From assembly GCA_963662665.2 (NCBI GenBank), contig CAXXJS010000010.1, positions 32,001 through 96,000 of the forward strand: a stretch of 64,000 nucleotides of DNA, read 5' to 3'. Source of the DNA: Candidatus Latescibacterota bacterium (GTDB lineage: Bacteria; Latescibacterota; UBA2968; GCA-2709665). How positions within the stretch are numbered: position 1 is the first letter of the stretch; each line of letters begins with the position of its first letter. The notes beneath the pieces were generated by a model. It did not search any database and was not told the origin of the DNA. It worked only from the letters and a program-made list of their open reading frames with translations. The position numbers and the translations under genes are program-made. This document shows, one piece after another, positions 28,848-37,889 of the stretch.

Positions 28848-30011
28848 ATGGTGACATTTTCGATTGTTGACGACGAAAACCAGGCGAAGATGCGGGTTGT
28901 CGGGATCGGCGGCGCAGGGGGCAATGCAGTGAACCGGATGATCGCGGCGGACCTGAAGGGTGTGGAGTTTATCGCGGTCAATTCGGACCTGCAGGATCTG
29001 GACAGATCCGAAGCATCAAAACGGGTACAGATTGGCCAGACGATGACGAAAGGGCTGGGCGCGGGCGCCAATCCGGATGTCGGACGTCAGGCCATGGAGG
29101 AGGACCGGAACCACGTCGCGGAACTGCTGGCCGGTTCCGATATGGTATTCGTGACCGCCGGTATGGGCGGCGGAACCGGTACGGGCGCCGCACCGGTGGT
29201 GGCCGAAATTGCAAGAGAAGCTGGCGCACTTACGGTTGGCATCGTGACCAAGCCGTTCAAAATGGAGGGCGTACCGCGGTTACGCAACGCCGAGATGGGC
29301 ATCGCTCAGTTGAAGGATTCCGTGGATACGCTCATCGTAATCCCAAACCAGCGTCTCCTCGACGTTTGTTCCGAGGACACGACACTGCGTGAAGCATTCA
29401 GGGTTGCCGACGACGTCTTACTACAGGCCACGCGGGGAATTTCGGATCTGATTGCGATACCGGGTGAGGTCAATCTTGATTTCAACGACGTGCGTACGGT
29501 AATGCAACAGGGCGGAGACGCGTTGATGGGAACCGGCACGGCCAAGGGGGAAGGCCGTGCAATTCAGGCAGCCGAAACTGCAATCAGCAGTCCCTTGCTG
29601 GAAGAGCTGTCCATAGACGGCGCGAGGTGCGTGCTGGTGAATATCGCGGCCGGGAGCGACCTGAAGCTGTTCGAAGTGGACGAATCGGTATCTACCGTTA
29701 CCAAGGCGGTTGGACCTGAGGCGAACATAATCTGGGGAACCGTGTTGGACGATTCGCTCAGTGATGAACTGCGGGTAACCGTAATTGCCACAGGTTTCGT
29801 CGGAGAAGAGGATACGGTTGAAACGAAAGCGCCCCGTGTTTCGACGGACAATTCTCTCGGTCTCGACGTTCCGGCATATATGCGCAAGGGCGACACGGCC
29901 GAGGCGGCGGAGCCTCAGGTCGCGCAGGAAGAAACGGCAGATGGAGACCTCTCTCTGGACGACCTCGAGATTCCGTCGTTTCTGAGGCGGCGTTTAAAGG
30001 ATACTGCCTGA
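28848..30011 (+). CDS. ftsZ: Cell division protein FtsZ
   Basis: GGAGGNAV, GGGTGTG, NLDFND, LEIPSFLRR tail. Confidence 0.98.
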   Translation: MVTFSIVDDENQAKMRVVGIGGAGGNAVNRMIAADLKGVEFIAVNSDLQDLDRSEASKRVQIGQTMTKGLGAGANPDVGRQAMEEDRNHVAELLAGSDMVFVTAGMGGGTGTGAAPVVAEIAREAGALTVGIVTKPFKMEGVPRLRNAEMGIAQLKDSVDTLIVIPNQRLLDVCSEDTTLREAFRVADDVLLQATRGISDLIAIPGEVNLDFNDVRTVMQQGGDALMGTGTAKGEGRAIQAAETAISSPLLEELSIDGARCVLVNIAAGSDLKLFEVDESVSTVTKAVGPEANIIWGTVLDDSLSDELRVTVIATGFVGEEDTVETKAPRVSTDNSLGLDVPAYMRKGDTAEAAEPQVAQEETADGDLSLDDLEIPSFLRRRLKDTA

Positions 30012-30115
30012 CCCCCGGCGGGGCGTGTGTCCTGACCCGGAAACATGCTGCCTGAATTCGGTACAGAACACGAACCCCCGGATGTGCTCTTCGGGGATAA
30101 CGGAGGACGAGGCAC

Positions 30116-31105
30116 ATGGAAACCGTGCGATGGGGTATCCTCGGTTGTGGCGACGTCACTGAGGTGAAGAGCGGGCCCGGATTTCAGATTGCGAAGGGGT
30201 CCAGGCTGGTTGCGGTGATGCGGCGGGACGTTGACAAGGCGGAGGATTACGCGCGCAGACACGGCGTGCCGCGGTTTTACGGACGTGCTGAGGCATTGAT
30301 CGAGGATGCCGAAGTCGACGCCGTCTACGTGGCGACCCCGCCTTCTTCGCATCTTGATCTGGCGCTCAAGGTGGCACAGGCACGTAAACCGTGTCTTGTG
30401 GAAAAACCCATGGCATTGAATCACAGCGAGTGCCGGCAGATGGTTGCGGCCTTCCGGAAGATTGGACGGCCGCTTTTTGTCGCGTATTACCGGCGGGCGC
30501 TACCTCGGTTCCTGCGCGTTCGTGAGCTGCTGCGGGAAGGAACGGTGGGCGAGTTGAGTTCAGTTCACATCACGCATTACGACCCGCTTGCCCGCGGCGA
30601 CGCAGCGAGTGGTTGGCGATACAGGCCCAAAATCTCGGGGGGCGGGCTGTTTATGGATCTGGGGTCTCACGGTCTGGATCTGCTGGATTTCCTTGTGAGT
30701 CCGATCAGACGTGCCGGCGGATGTGCGGCGAACACGGGAGGCGCCTATGGGGCCGAGGACGTGGTAGCCGCCAGCTTTGAGTTTGAATCCGGGGTTGTCG
30801 GAACCGGCATCTGGAATTTCAACGCGGATTTTTCCGAAGACCGGATCACGTTTACCGGCTCGGTGGGAGAATTGCAATGTCCGGTATTTTCGGATACCGA
30901 TATTCTGCTGAAGGCGAGCGGCAAAACGACGTCTCTGGAATACCGGAATCCTCCGCATGTACATCAGCCGCTGATACAGACGGCGGTGGATGAACTCCTG
31001 GGCAGGGGAACGTGCGAGTCAACCGGTGAGACTGCGGCGCGGACGGCCCGGGTGACGGATCGATGTTTGAAATCGTACTACAATGGACCAAATGCCGTGT
31101 CTTAG
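30116..31105 (+). CDS. Gfo/Idh/MocA family oxidoreductase
   Basis: WGILGCG, EKP, GGGLFMDLGSH. Confidence 0.9.
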   Translation: METVRWGILGCGDVTEVKSGPGFQIAKGSRLVAVMRRDVDKAEDYARRHGVPRFYGRAEALIEDAEVDAVYVATPPSSHLDLALKVAQARKPCLVEKPMALNHSECRQMVAAFRKIGRPLFVAYYRRALPRFLRVRELLREGTVGELSSVHITHYDPLARGDAASGWRYRPKISGGGLFMDLGSHGLDLLDFLVSPIRRAGGCAANTGGAYGAEDVVAASFEFESGVVGTGIWNFNADFSEDRITFTGSVGELQCPVFSDTDILLKASGKTTSLEYRNPPHVHQPLIQTAVDELLGRGTCESTGETAARTARVTDRCLKSYYNGPNAVS

Positions 31106-31185
31106 GTGGCCCGTAAATCCGGGACCCGTCCACGTCTGGCTCGAAATTCCGAGGGGTCTCCGTACACGAACCGGTCTCCGGAAGG

Positions 31186-32283
31186 TCATGCGGGTTTCCC
31201 CGTTCGAAGATATGCCTTCAGCGCGGACGGATCCATCCCTGCAATGCCCAGTTCGCGAACGTCTCTGCCGGATACCCAGCCGTCCACTCCCATGACAATC
31301 GATCCGATGTCAACCATCGCGCGCATTGTGGGAGCGGGCACGTCGTACTGGGCGCCGACCGAGTGCCAGGCGGCCAGACCATAGGGGATGTCTTCGGTAA
31401 GCCAACGACTTTCCAGGGAGCCGGGTGCTTTGAGGCGGGTGAGCATGTAGCTGCCGTTGATGGTGGCCCAGAGGTCGCCACCCGGCCCGAAACCGGCGCG
31501 ATGAAATGCGATATTGGCCGGGCACAGGTCGTAACCGAGTCGCCTGGCGATCGCACGGCGTTCGTCGTCCACCTTCGTGATCACACTGGCCACAGAGGGG
31601 GTTACGCCCTCTTCGTAAAAGTAGAATTCACCGCGGGAATACTCCACGCGGCCGGCGTTCATGAGGACACCGGCGGGATGGACTACCGGATTCATTGCGG
31701 CCAGGCCGCAGGCCATCACGTCGGGATATCCCGTTATACCAGGAAAGAGTGCGTCCAGGCGTCCCCGCACGGATTCGAACTCGCCGGCCGGCAATACGCC
31801 CAGACCCAGGCCGGTGACGGTGCCCCAGATGGTCGCGGTGTCCGGCGCCGTTTTCCGGCAAACGAACGGCGCCGTGTCCACTTCGGCGAGAACAACGCCC
31901 TCGGCGCCTGCGTCGCGGAGGATACGCGCCCATTCAAGGGTCCCCATGGTGCCGGGCATGATGACGACGGTCTGACCCGGTCGCAAGTGCGGGGCGCAGA
32001 CTTCGGCAAAGGGTTTGTGCGCGTACGCCGGTACGATAAGCAGGATGATGTCCGGTGATTCAAGGGCTTCCCGGATATCGGTGGTGACGTGATGGATCCT
32101 CGCCCGGCCTTGTCCGTCTGCGCCGAGAAGATGGATGATGCTGTCGTCCGCAACAGGATCCAGAGACGCCTTGAATTCGGGAATCTCGTAGAGGGTGATC
32201 TCAAATCCCTTCAGGCTAAGATTGGCAGCCACGGCAAAAGCCGTGTTTCCGCCGCCGAGAACAGTTACGGATTTCAAGGACAT
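31186..32283 (-). CDS. NAD/NADP octopine/nopaline (opine) dehydrogenase family
   Basis: VLGGGN, NPVVHPAG..MNAG, FYFYEEG, EDIPYGL. Confidence 0.88.
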   Translation of the reverse strand: MSLKSVTVLGGGNTAFAVAANLSLKGFEITLYEIPEFKASLDPVADDSIIHLLGADGQGRARIHHVTTDIREALESPDIILLIVPAYAHKPFAEVCAPHLRPGQTVVIMPGTMGTLEWARILRDAGAEGVVLAEVDTAPFVCRKTAPDTATIWGTVTGLGLGVLPAGEFESVRGRLDALFPGITGYPDVMACGLAAMNPVVHPAGVLMNAGRVEYSRGEFYFYEEGVTPSVASVITKVDDERRAIARRLGYDLCPANIAFHRAGFGPGGDLWATINGSYMLTRLKAPGSLESRWLTEDIPYGLAAWHSVGAQYDVPAPTMRAMVDIGSIVMGVDGWVSGRDVRELGIAGMDPSALKAYLRTGKPA

Positions 32284-32383
32284 TGTGTAAGCCCCGTATG
32301 TGGACAAGTGCGATAGTTAAATGACTTTGTCGTTGATTCGCATCCGGCCTCGAAAGCCAACCTGCAGTACCTTATGAGGCACG

Positions 32384-32412
32384 AATATACAGTCGCCGGC
32401 GGTGCCGGACAA
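32384..32412 (-). promoter_or_regulatory. Putative sigma70 promoter of opine dehydrogenase
   Basis: TTGTCC-N17-TATATT. Confidence 0.4.
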
Positions 32413-32565
32413 GACCCGATTCATTCAGATCCGGTGATGATCGCAACTGACAGGCCAACCGTTTCATCCGCCATATTGAAATTCGTGACGAGATTCCCTG
32501 AAGGCCGGCCTGTCCCGGCGGGATGGTGAATTCCTGTCCGTCCATTCAACGCGAGGAGGAGAACA

Positions 32566-33075
32566 TTGCCCTACGAAGACCACAAAAAGCAGGCACAGGG
32601 TACCGTCACGTGCGCTGTGCTCACCATCAGTGACACGCGCACGGAAGCCGAAGACAAGAGTGGCGGGATAATCAGGGACCTGCTCGAATCCGGTGGTCAC
32701 ACGACGGGATTTTACCAGGTTGTCCCGGACGACCCCGCCCGCATCCGCGACCTGGTCATTCAGATTACTGACAGAGGCGATTGCCAGGCGATTCTGACCA
32801 GCGGCGGCACGGGCATCGCCGCCCGGGATACGACCTACGAAGCCGTAGTCGATCTGCTCGAAAAGCGGTTGGACGGCTTCGGCGAACTCTTCCGCTTTTT
32901 AAGCTGGGATGACATCGGCTCCGGCGCCATGCTCTCTCGCGCCGTCGCCGGCGTCTACCGCGACACGATGATTTTCTGCATGCCCGGTTCCTCCGGCGCC
33001 GTACGCCTCGCGATGGAGAAACTGGTGGTTCCCGAACTCTCGCACCTGGTCTGGGAGATCTGGCGCCAGAAATAA
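32566..33075 (+). CDS. moaB: Molybdenum cofactor biosynthesis protein MoaB/Mog
   Basis: TISDTR..DKSG, GGTG, GFGELFR, AMLSRA, PGS; TTG start with GAGGAGG. Confidence 0.9.
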   Translation: MPYEDHKKQAQGTVTCAVLTISDTRTEAEDKSGGIIRDLLESGGHTTGFYQVVPDDPARIRDLVIQITDRGDCQAILTSGGTGIAARDTTYEAVVDLLEKRLDGFGELFRFLSWDDIGSGAMLSRAVAGVYRDTMIFCMPGSSGAVRLAMEKLVVPELSHLVWEIWRQK

Positions 33076-33280
33076 CGTTCCGTCACCCGGAGAGCCGGGA
33101 GCCCGGACTCACGCTGCCGGTGTTTTCCCCAGGCATACGAATTCCGGAGGTGACTGTGCGACTTTGCGCGTTCAGGACCGCTTCCAGGCAGCCCCCGGGC
33201 AAACATCCCTATCTCTGATCTGAGAGACGGCGTCGGGACGTGTCCTCCTATCACGCTTCACTCTTCATAAACGGGATCCC

Positions 33281-34624
33281 ATGCTTACACGCGCTATCCA
33301 TGTACTTGTGCTGCTCGCCTTCGTCGCCTGCGCGCGATTCGGCCGAACCCACGACGCCGAATTTACCAGTCATCACAACGCGTCATACGATACGGCCGCC
33401 CACGATGCGCGTCCCTCTCCCGTTCCGGATCGCATTGTACTCACGTGGGCCGGCGATCCGTCGAATTCGCAGGCGGTCACCTGGCGAACCGATGCAACCG
33501 ACTCGGCAGCCGTCGTGGAAATCGCCCCCGCCACGGCATCTCCGCGGTTCATGCTCAATGCCCGAGAGATTTCGGCGCGCACAAAGTCCGTCACGACGGA
33601 AAACGGCGCCTCATTTTATCATTCCGCAGTCATTGACGGCCTCAAGCCCGGCACCCTTTACGCTTACCGCGTAGGGAACGACAAGATGTGGAGCGAATGG
33701 TTTCATTTCCGGACGGCCAGGGATGGACCCGCACCGTTTTCCTTCATCTATCTGGGCGACGCCCAGAACAACATCCTCTCGCTCTGGTCCCGTACCGTCC
33801 GTGCCGCGTATGCGGACGCGCCGCACGCAAGTTTCATTCTGCACGCCGGGGACCTGGTCAACCGCGCCAACAGCGACGGTGAGTGGGGTGAATGGTTCCG
33901 GGCCGGTGGCTTTCTCCATGCAACCATCAACGCCGTTCCCACTCCGGGCAACCATGAATACGCCAAAGACCAGCAGGGGGTGCGTCGCCTTTCCCGCCTC
34001 TGGCGCCCGCAATTCACGCTGCCACAAAACGGCCCAGATGGTCTGGAAGAGACCGTATATTATATAGACTACCAGGGCGCCCGCATCATCTCCCTCAATT
34101 CCAACGAAAAACGCGGCGACCAGGAACCCTGGCTGGAAACCGTCCTGCGGGAAAATCCGAACCGCTGGACGCTTGTCACCTTCCACCATCCAGTCTACGC
34201 CACGGGAGAAGGCAGGGACAACAAGACGTTGCGTGATCTGTGGAAGCCGTTGTTCGACAGATACCGGGTAGACCTCGTCCTGCAGGGACACGACCACACC
34301 TACGGCCGCGGTTCCAATCTCCCCACGGGCGCCATCGCCCGTGACGACGGAGACGGCACCGTCTACGTCGTCTCCGTGAGTGGTCCCAAACAGTACAGAC
34401 TTACGTCAAAACGGTGGTGGCGCCGCGCCGCCGAGAACACCCAGCTCTACCAGACCATTGCGGTAAACGGGGACACACTCCGGTACGAAGCCCGAACGGC
34501 CACGTCCGAACTCTACGATGCATTCGACCTGATCAAACAAAACGACGGTCCCAACATGCTCGTAGACCGCGTCCCGGACACCCCTGCACGCACGCACCTG
34601 AACACCATCGGCGGGCGGGATTAG
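33281..34624 (+). CDS. Purple acid phosphatase-like metallophosphoesterase (FN3 plus catalytic domain), probable lipoprotein
   Basis: LAFVAC, GDAQ, HAGDLV, GNHE, FHHP, GHDH. Confidence 0.88.
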   Translation: MLTRAIHVLVLLAFVACARFGRTHDAEFTSHHNASYDTAAHDARPSPVPDRIVLTWAGDPSNSQAVTWRTDATDSAAVVEIAPATASPRFMLNAREISARTKSVTTENGASFYHSAVIDGLKPGTLYAYRVGNDKMWSEWFHFRTARDGPAPFSFIYLGDAQNNILSLWSRTVRAAYADAPHASFILHAGDLVNRANSDGEWGEWFRAGGFLHATINAVPTPGNHEYAKDQQGVRRLSRLWRPQFTLPQNGPDGLEETVYYIDYQGARIISLNSNEKRGDQEPWLETVLRENPNRWTLVTFHHPVYATGEGRDNKTLRDLWKPLFDRYRVDLVLQGHDHTYGRGSNLPTGAIARDDGDGTVYVVSVSGPKQYRLTSKRWWRRAAENTQLYQTIAVNGDTLRYEARTATSELYDAFDLIKQNDGPNMLVDRVPDTPARTHLNTIGGRD

Positions 34625-34643
34625 CCTGGAGCCGGGAGGGACA

Positions 34644-35597
34644 ATGCCAAGGGTGGGGCTGATCGCACATCCTGATTTTTCGCAGCACGATACCGGCCCG
34701 GGTCACCCCGAACGACCCGAGCGGCTCCACGCAATCCGGAAACGGCTGGACGAAACCGATCTCCGGGGCCGGCTCCTCGACGTTGCGCCGAGGATACTCG
34801 AAGCCGACTGGCTGGAGAAGGTCCACACGGCGCGGCATATCGCAGAGGTGCAACGCCGGTGTGAACGGAACGTGCGGCTGATGGACGCAGGTGACACCTT
34901 TATTTGCCCCGCGTCCTTCAACGTTGGCCGTCTCGCGGCAGGGGCCGCCTGCGAGGCAGTCGACGTCGTTATGAATGACCGTGCAGACGCGGTATTCTGC
35001 GCCACGCGTCCACCCGGCCACCACGCCGAACGCGACCGCGCGATGGGCTTCTGTCTGTTCAACAACGCGGCCGTCGCCGCACGATACATCCAGTCAGACC
35101 ATCGACTGGAACGAATCCTCATTGTCGACTGGGACGTACATCACGGAAACGGCACGCAGAACATCTTCGAAGAAGACCCCACGGTCTTCTATTTCAGTAC
35201 CCATCAGTATCCCCATTATCCGTGGTTCAGCGGCAGCAGCGGCGAGACGGGAGTCGGCGCCGGAAAAGGAACGAATCTGAACGCGCCCATGCCTGCCGGG
35301 GCGGGCAACGAACAGTACCTTCGCGCATTCGACGAACTTCTGGCCCCCGCAATGGAACGATTCCACCCGGAATTCGTCATCGTCTCCGCCGGATTCGACG
35401 CGCACGTTGACGACCCCCTGTCCGGCACCCGGGTCACCGAAGCCGGATTCGCGGAAATGACGCGCCGCGTCCGGAGAATCGCCAAGGCCTACGCCAACGA
35501 TCGTTTGATCTCGGTTCTGGAGGGCGGCTACGACCTCAACGGCCTCGCCCGTTGCGTCGAGTATCATGTAGGCGCCTTATTGGAAGACTTGGCGTAA
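34644..35597 (+). CDS. Zn-dependent histone deacetylase family protein
   Basis: HPE.P.R, RPPGHHA, DWDVHHGNGTQ, SAGFDAH, LEGGY. Confidence 0.94.
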   Translation: MPRVGLIAHPDFSQHDTGPGHPERPERLHAIRKRLDETDLRGRLLDVAPRILEADWLEKVHTARHIAEVQRRCERNVRLMDAGDTFICPASFNVGRLAAGAACEAVDVVMNDRADAVFCATRPPGHHAERDRAMGFCLFNNAAVAARYIQSDHRLERILIVDWDVHHGNGTQNIFEEDPTVFYFSTHQYPHYPWFSGSSGETGVGAGKGTNLNAPMPAGAGNEQYLRAFDELLAPAMERFHPEFVIVSAGFDAHVDDPLSGTRVTEAGFAEMTRRVRRIAKAYANDRLISVLEGGYDLNGLARCVEYHVGALLEDLA

Positions 35598-35718
35598 ACT
35601 GCCGCGGTCCCAACTCCGGTCGGTGGAACCTTTAACTCAATTCAGTCGTCTACTACCTCAACTGCCAGCGTTTCGGCCGTCACCGGCCGTTCGCGTCGAA
35701 ACCGTCTATGGAGGTTCA

Positions 35719-36588
35719 GTGAGCACAAGCGATCCCGTTGTTGCATTCCAGGGAGAAATGGGCGCCTTCAGCGAAATGGCGGCCCGCAGTTATTTCTGCG
35801 AAAATGTCCACGTGGTCCCTCAGCGCGATTTCGATGGCCTGTTCAACGCGGTTTCCAGCGGCGTATGCACGCACGGCATGGTCCCCATTGAGAATTCCCT
35901 CATGGGTAGCATTCACGAAAACTACGATTTGCTCCTCCGGCAGGAACTATGCATCACAGGCGAAATCAAGATGCGTATCGTTCACAATCTAATTGTCAAT
36001 CCGGGCGTGAGGATGGAAGACGTCAGGCAGATCTACTCACAGGCGCCTGCCCTGGCGCAATGTACCGAGTTCTTTCGATCCAACGAAGGCGTCGAAGCCG
36101 TGGTTGCCCACGACACGGCCGGGGCCGTCAAGCAGATCAAGGAAGAGAACGCAAGAGATGCAGCGGCCCTTGCCAGCGCACAGGCGGCCATCGACTACGA
36201 TCTGGAAATCCTTCACGAAGGGCTTGAGAACGATCATCGCAATTACACCCGCTTTCTGGTCGTTGCCCCGGAACCGGCTGAACCCGTCGAACCCGCGAAA
36301 ACAACCGTCGTGTATGCCCTGGATCACATCCCCGGAGCCCTCTTCAAGAGCCTGGGTGTCTTTGCCATGCGTGATATCAATCTGCTCAAAATTGAATCTC
36401 GCCCCTTGAGCGGACGTCCCTGGGAATATGTCTTCTACCTCGACTTTGAAGGCCACCTGTCGAGCGAAAGCAGCCGACAGGCTGTAGAGCACCTCGAACA
36501 AATGGCCAGCTTCCTCAAAATTCTCGGCTCCTACACGCAGGGCAAGACTGTTGAAGGCAGTTTGCGGGAGAAGAGGGTGGCGCCATGA
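35719..36588 (+). CDS. pheA: Prephenate dehydratase
   Basis: AFQGEMGAFSE, PIENS, NYTRF, KIESRP ACT domain; GTG start after GGAGG. Confidence 0.92.
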   Translation: MSTSDPVVAFQGEMGAFSEMAARSYFCENVHVVPQRDFDGLFNAVSSGVCTHGMVPIENSLMGSIHENYDLLLRQELCITGEIKMRIVHNLIVNPGVRMEDVRQIYSQAPALAQCTEFFRSNEGVEAVVAHDTAGAVKQIKEENARDAAALASAQAAIDYDLEILHEGLENDHRNYTRFLVVAPEPAEPVEPAKTTVVYALDHIPGALFKSLGVFAMRDINLLKIESRPLSGRPWEYVFYLDFEGHLSSESSRQAVEHLEQMASFLKILGSYTQGKTVEGSLREKRVAP

Positions 36589-37754
36589 ACCTGGCAGGCA
36601 GGATGGCGCAGCTTGGGACGGAATCCGCGTTCGAAGTCCTCGTCAAGGCGCGAAACCTCGAAGCCCGGGGCAGGGACGTGGTCCACCTCGAAATCGGCGA
36701 ACCCGATTTCGATACGCCGGCCCATATTGTGGATGCCGCCCAACAGGCGCTCACTGCGGGATATACGCACTACGGCCCTCCGGTGGGCCTGCCGGAACTC
36801 CGCGAAGCCATCGCGCGCGATGTCTCCGGGTTCCGGGGGATTTCAGTCGATCCGGATCAGGTTGTGGTCACCCCCGGCGCCAAACCCATTATGTTCTATG
36901 CCATCCTGGCCCTCGCGCAGCCAGGCGACGAGGTCATCTATCCCGATCCCGGATTTCCAATCTACGAGTCGGTAATCAGATTTGCCGGCGCCCGGCCGGT
37001 GCCAATTGCGCTAAGAGAGGAACGGGCCTTCAGTCTGGACGTGAATGAACTTGCGGATCTGATCACGGAGCGCACGCGACTTCTCATCATCAATTCTCCT
37101 CAGAATCCCACCAGTGGCATCATTCCTCGGGGCGACCTCCAGGCGATTGCGGAAATTGTCGTCGACAGGGGAATCCCGGTCCTTGCCGACGAGATCTATT
37201 CCCGGATCCTTTACGACGGCGAATTCCACAGCATCGCCGTCTACGAGGGCATGCAGGACCAGACCATTATCCTGGACGGCTTCTCCAAGACGTACGCGAT
37301 GACGGGATGGCGCATCGGTTACGGGGTGATGCCGCGAAGTCTGGTGGATAAGTTCGGACTCCTGATGGTCAACAGCAATTCCTGCACCGCCTCGTTCACC
37401 CAGCGCGCCGCCCTGGCCGCCCTTCAGGGCCCGCAGGATGACGTCCACGCGATGGTGGCTGAATTCAGACGCCGGCGGGACGTCTTTGTCGCGGGCCTCC
37501 GCGATATTCCCGGCATTCGCTGCCCGCTCCCCGGCGGCGCATTCTACCTCTTTCCGAATATTGCAGGCCTGGGTCACTCGTCCCAGGAATTCGCCGATTA
37601 CCTCCTCAATGAAGGGAACGTCGCGGCGCTGTCAGGCAATGGCTTTGGCGCCCTCGGCGAAGGACACATTCGCTTCTCCTACGCCAATTCGGTTGAGAAT
37701 ATACGCAAGGCGCTGGACCGCATTGCAGATTGCGCGCGAAAAATACGGGAATAA
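36585..37754 (+). CDS. Class I/II PLP aminotransferase (AspC-like)
   Basis: IGEPDF, NSPQNPT, DEIY, GFSKTYAMTGWRIG. Confidence 0.92.
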   Translation: MNLAGRMAQLGTESAFEVLVKARNLEARGRDVVHLEIGEPDFDTPAHIVDAAQQALTAGYTHYGPPVGLPELREAIARDVSGFRGISVDPDQVVVTPGAKPIMFYAILALAQPGDEVIYPDPGFPIYESVIRFAGARPVPIALREERAFSLDVNELADLITERTRLLIINSPQNPTSGIIPRGDLQAIAEIVVDRGIPVLADEIYSRILYDGEFHSIAVYEGMQDQTIILDGFSKTYAMTGWRIGYGVMPRSLVDKFGLLMVNSNSCTASFTQRAALAALQGPQDDVHAMVAEFRRRRDVFVAGLRDIPGIRCPLPGGAFYLFPNIAGLGHSSQEFADYLLNEGNVAALSGNGFGALGEGHIRFSYANSVENIRKALDRIADCARKIRE

Positions 37755-37770
37755 CGCCTCGTATGCGGCG

Positions 37771-37817
37771 CACAGACAGCCCCGGCGACGTAAAGTTGCC
37801 GGGGCTGTCTGTGTTTT
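37771..37817 (+). terminator. Intrinsic terminator
   Basis: 19-bp stem CACAGACAGCCCCGGCGAC/GTTGCCGGGGCTGTCTGTG followed by TTTT. Confidence 0.8.
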
Positions 37818-37889
37818 CAGAACTGACGAGAATCCACGTCTGCATTTCGCAAATGAACGAAACACCTCGCGGTCCTGCATTCCCGAAAT

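Noticed and set aside
32310-32565. Moco riboswitch upstream of moaB
   Set aside because: No recognisable Moco motif by eye; an Infernal search would be needed.
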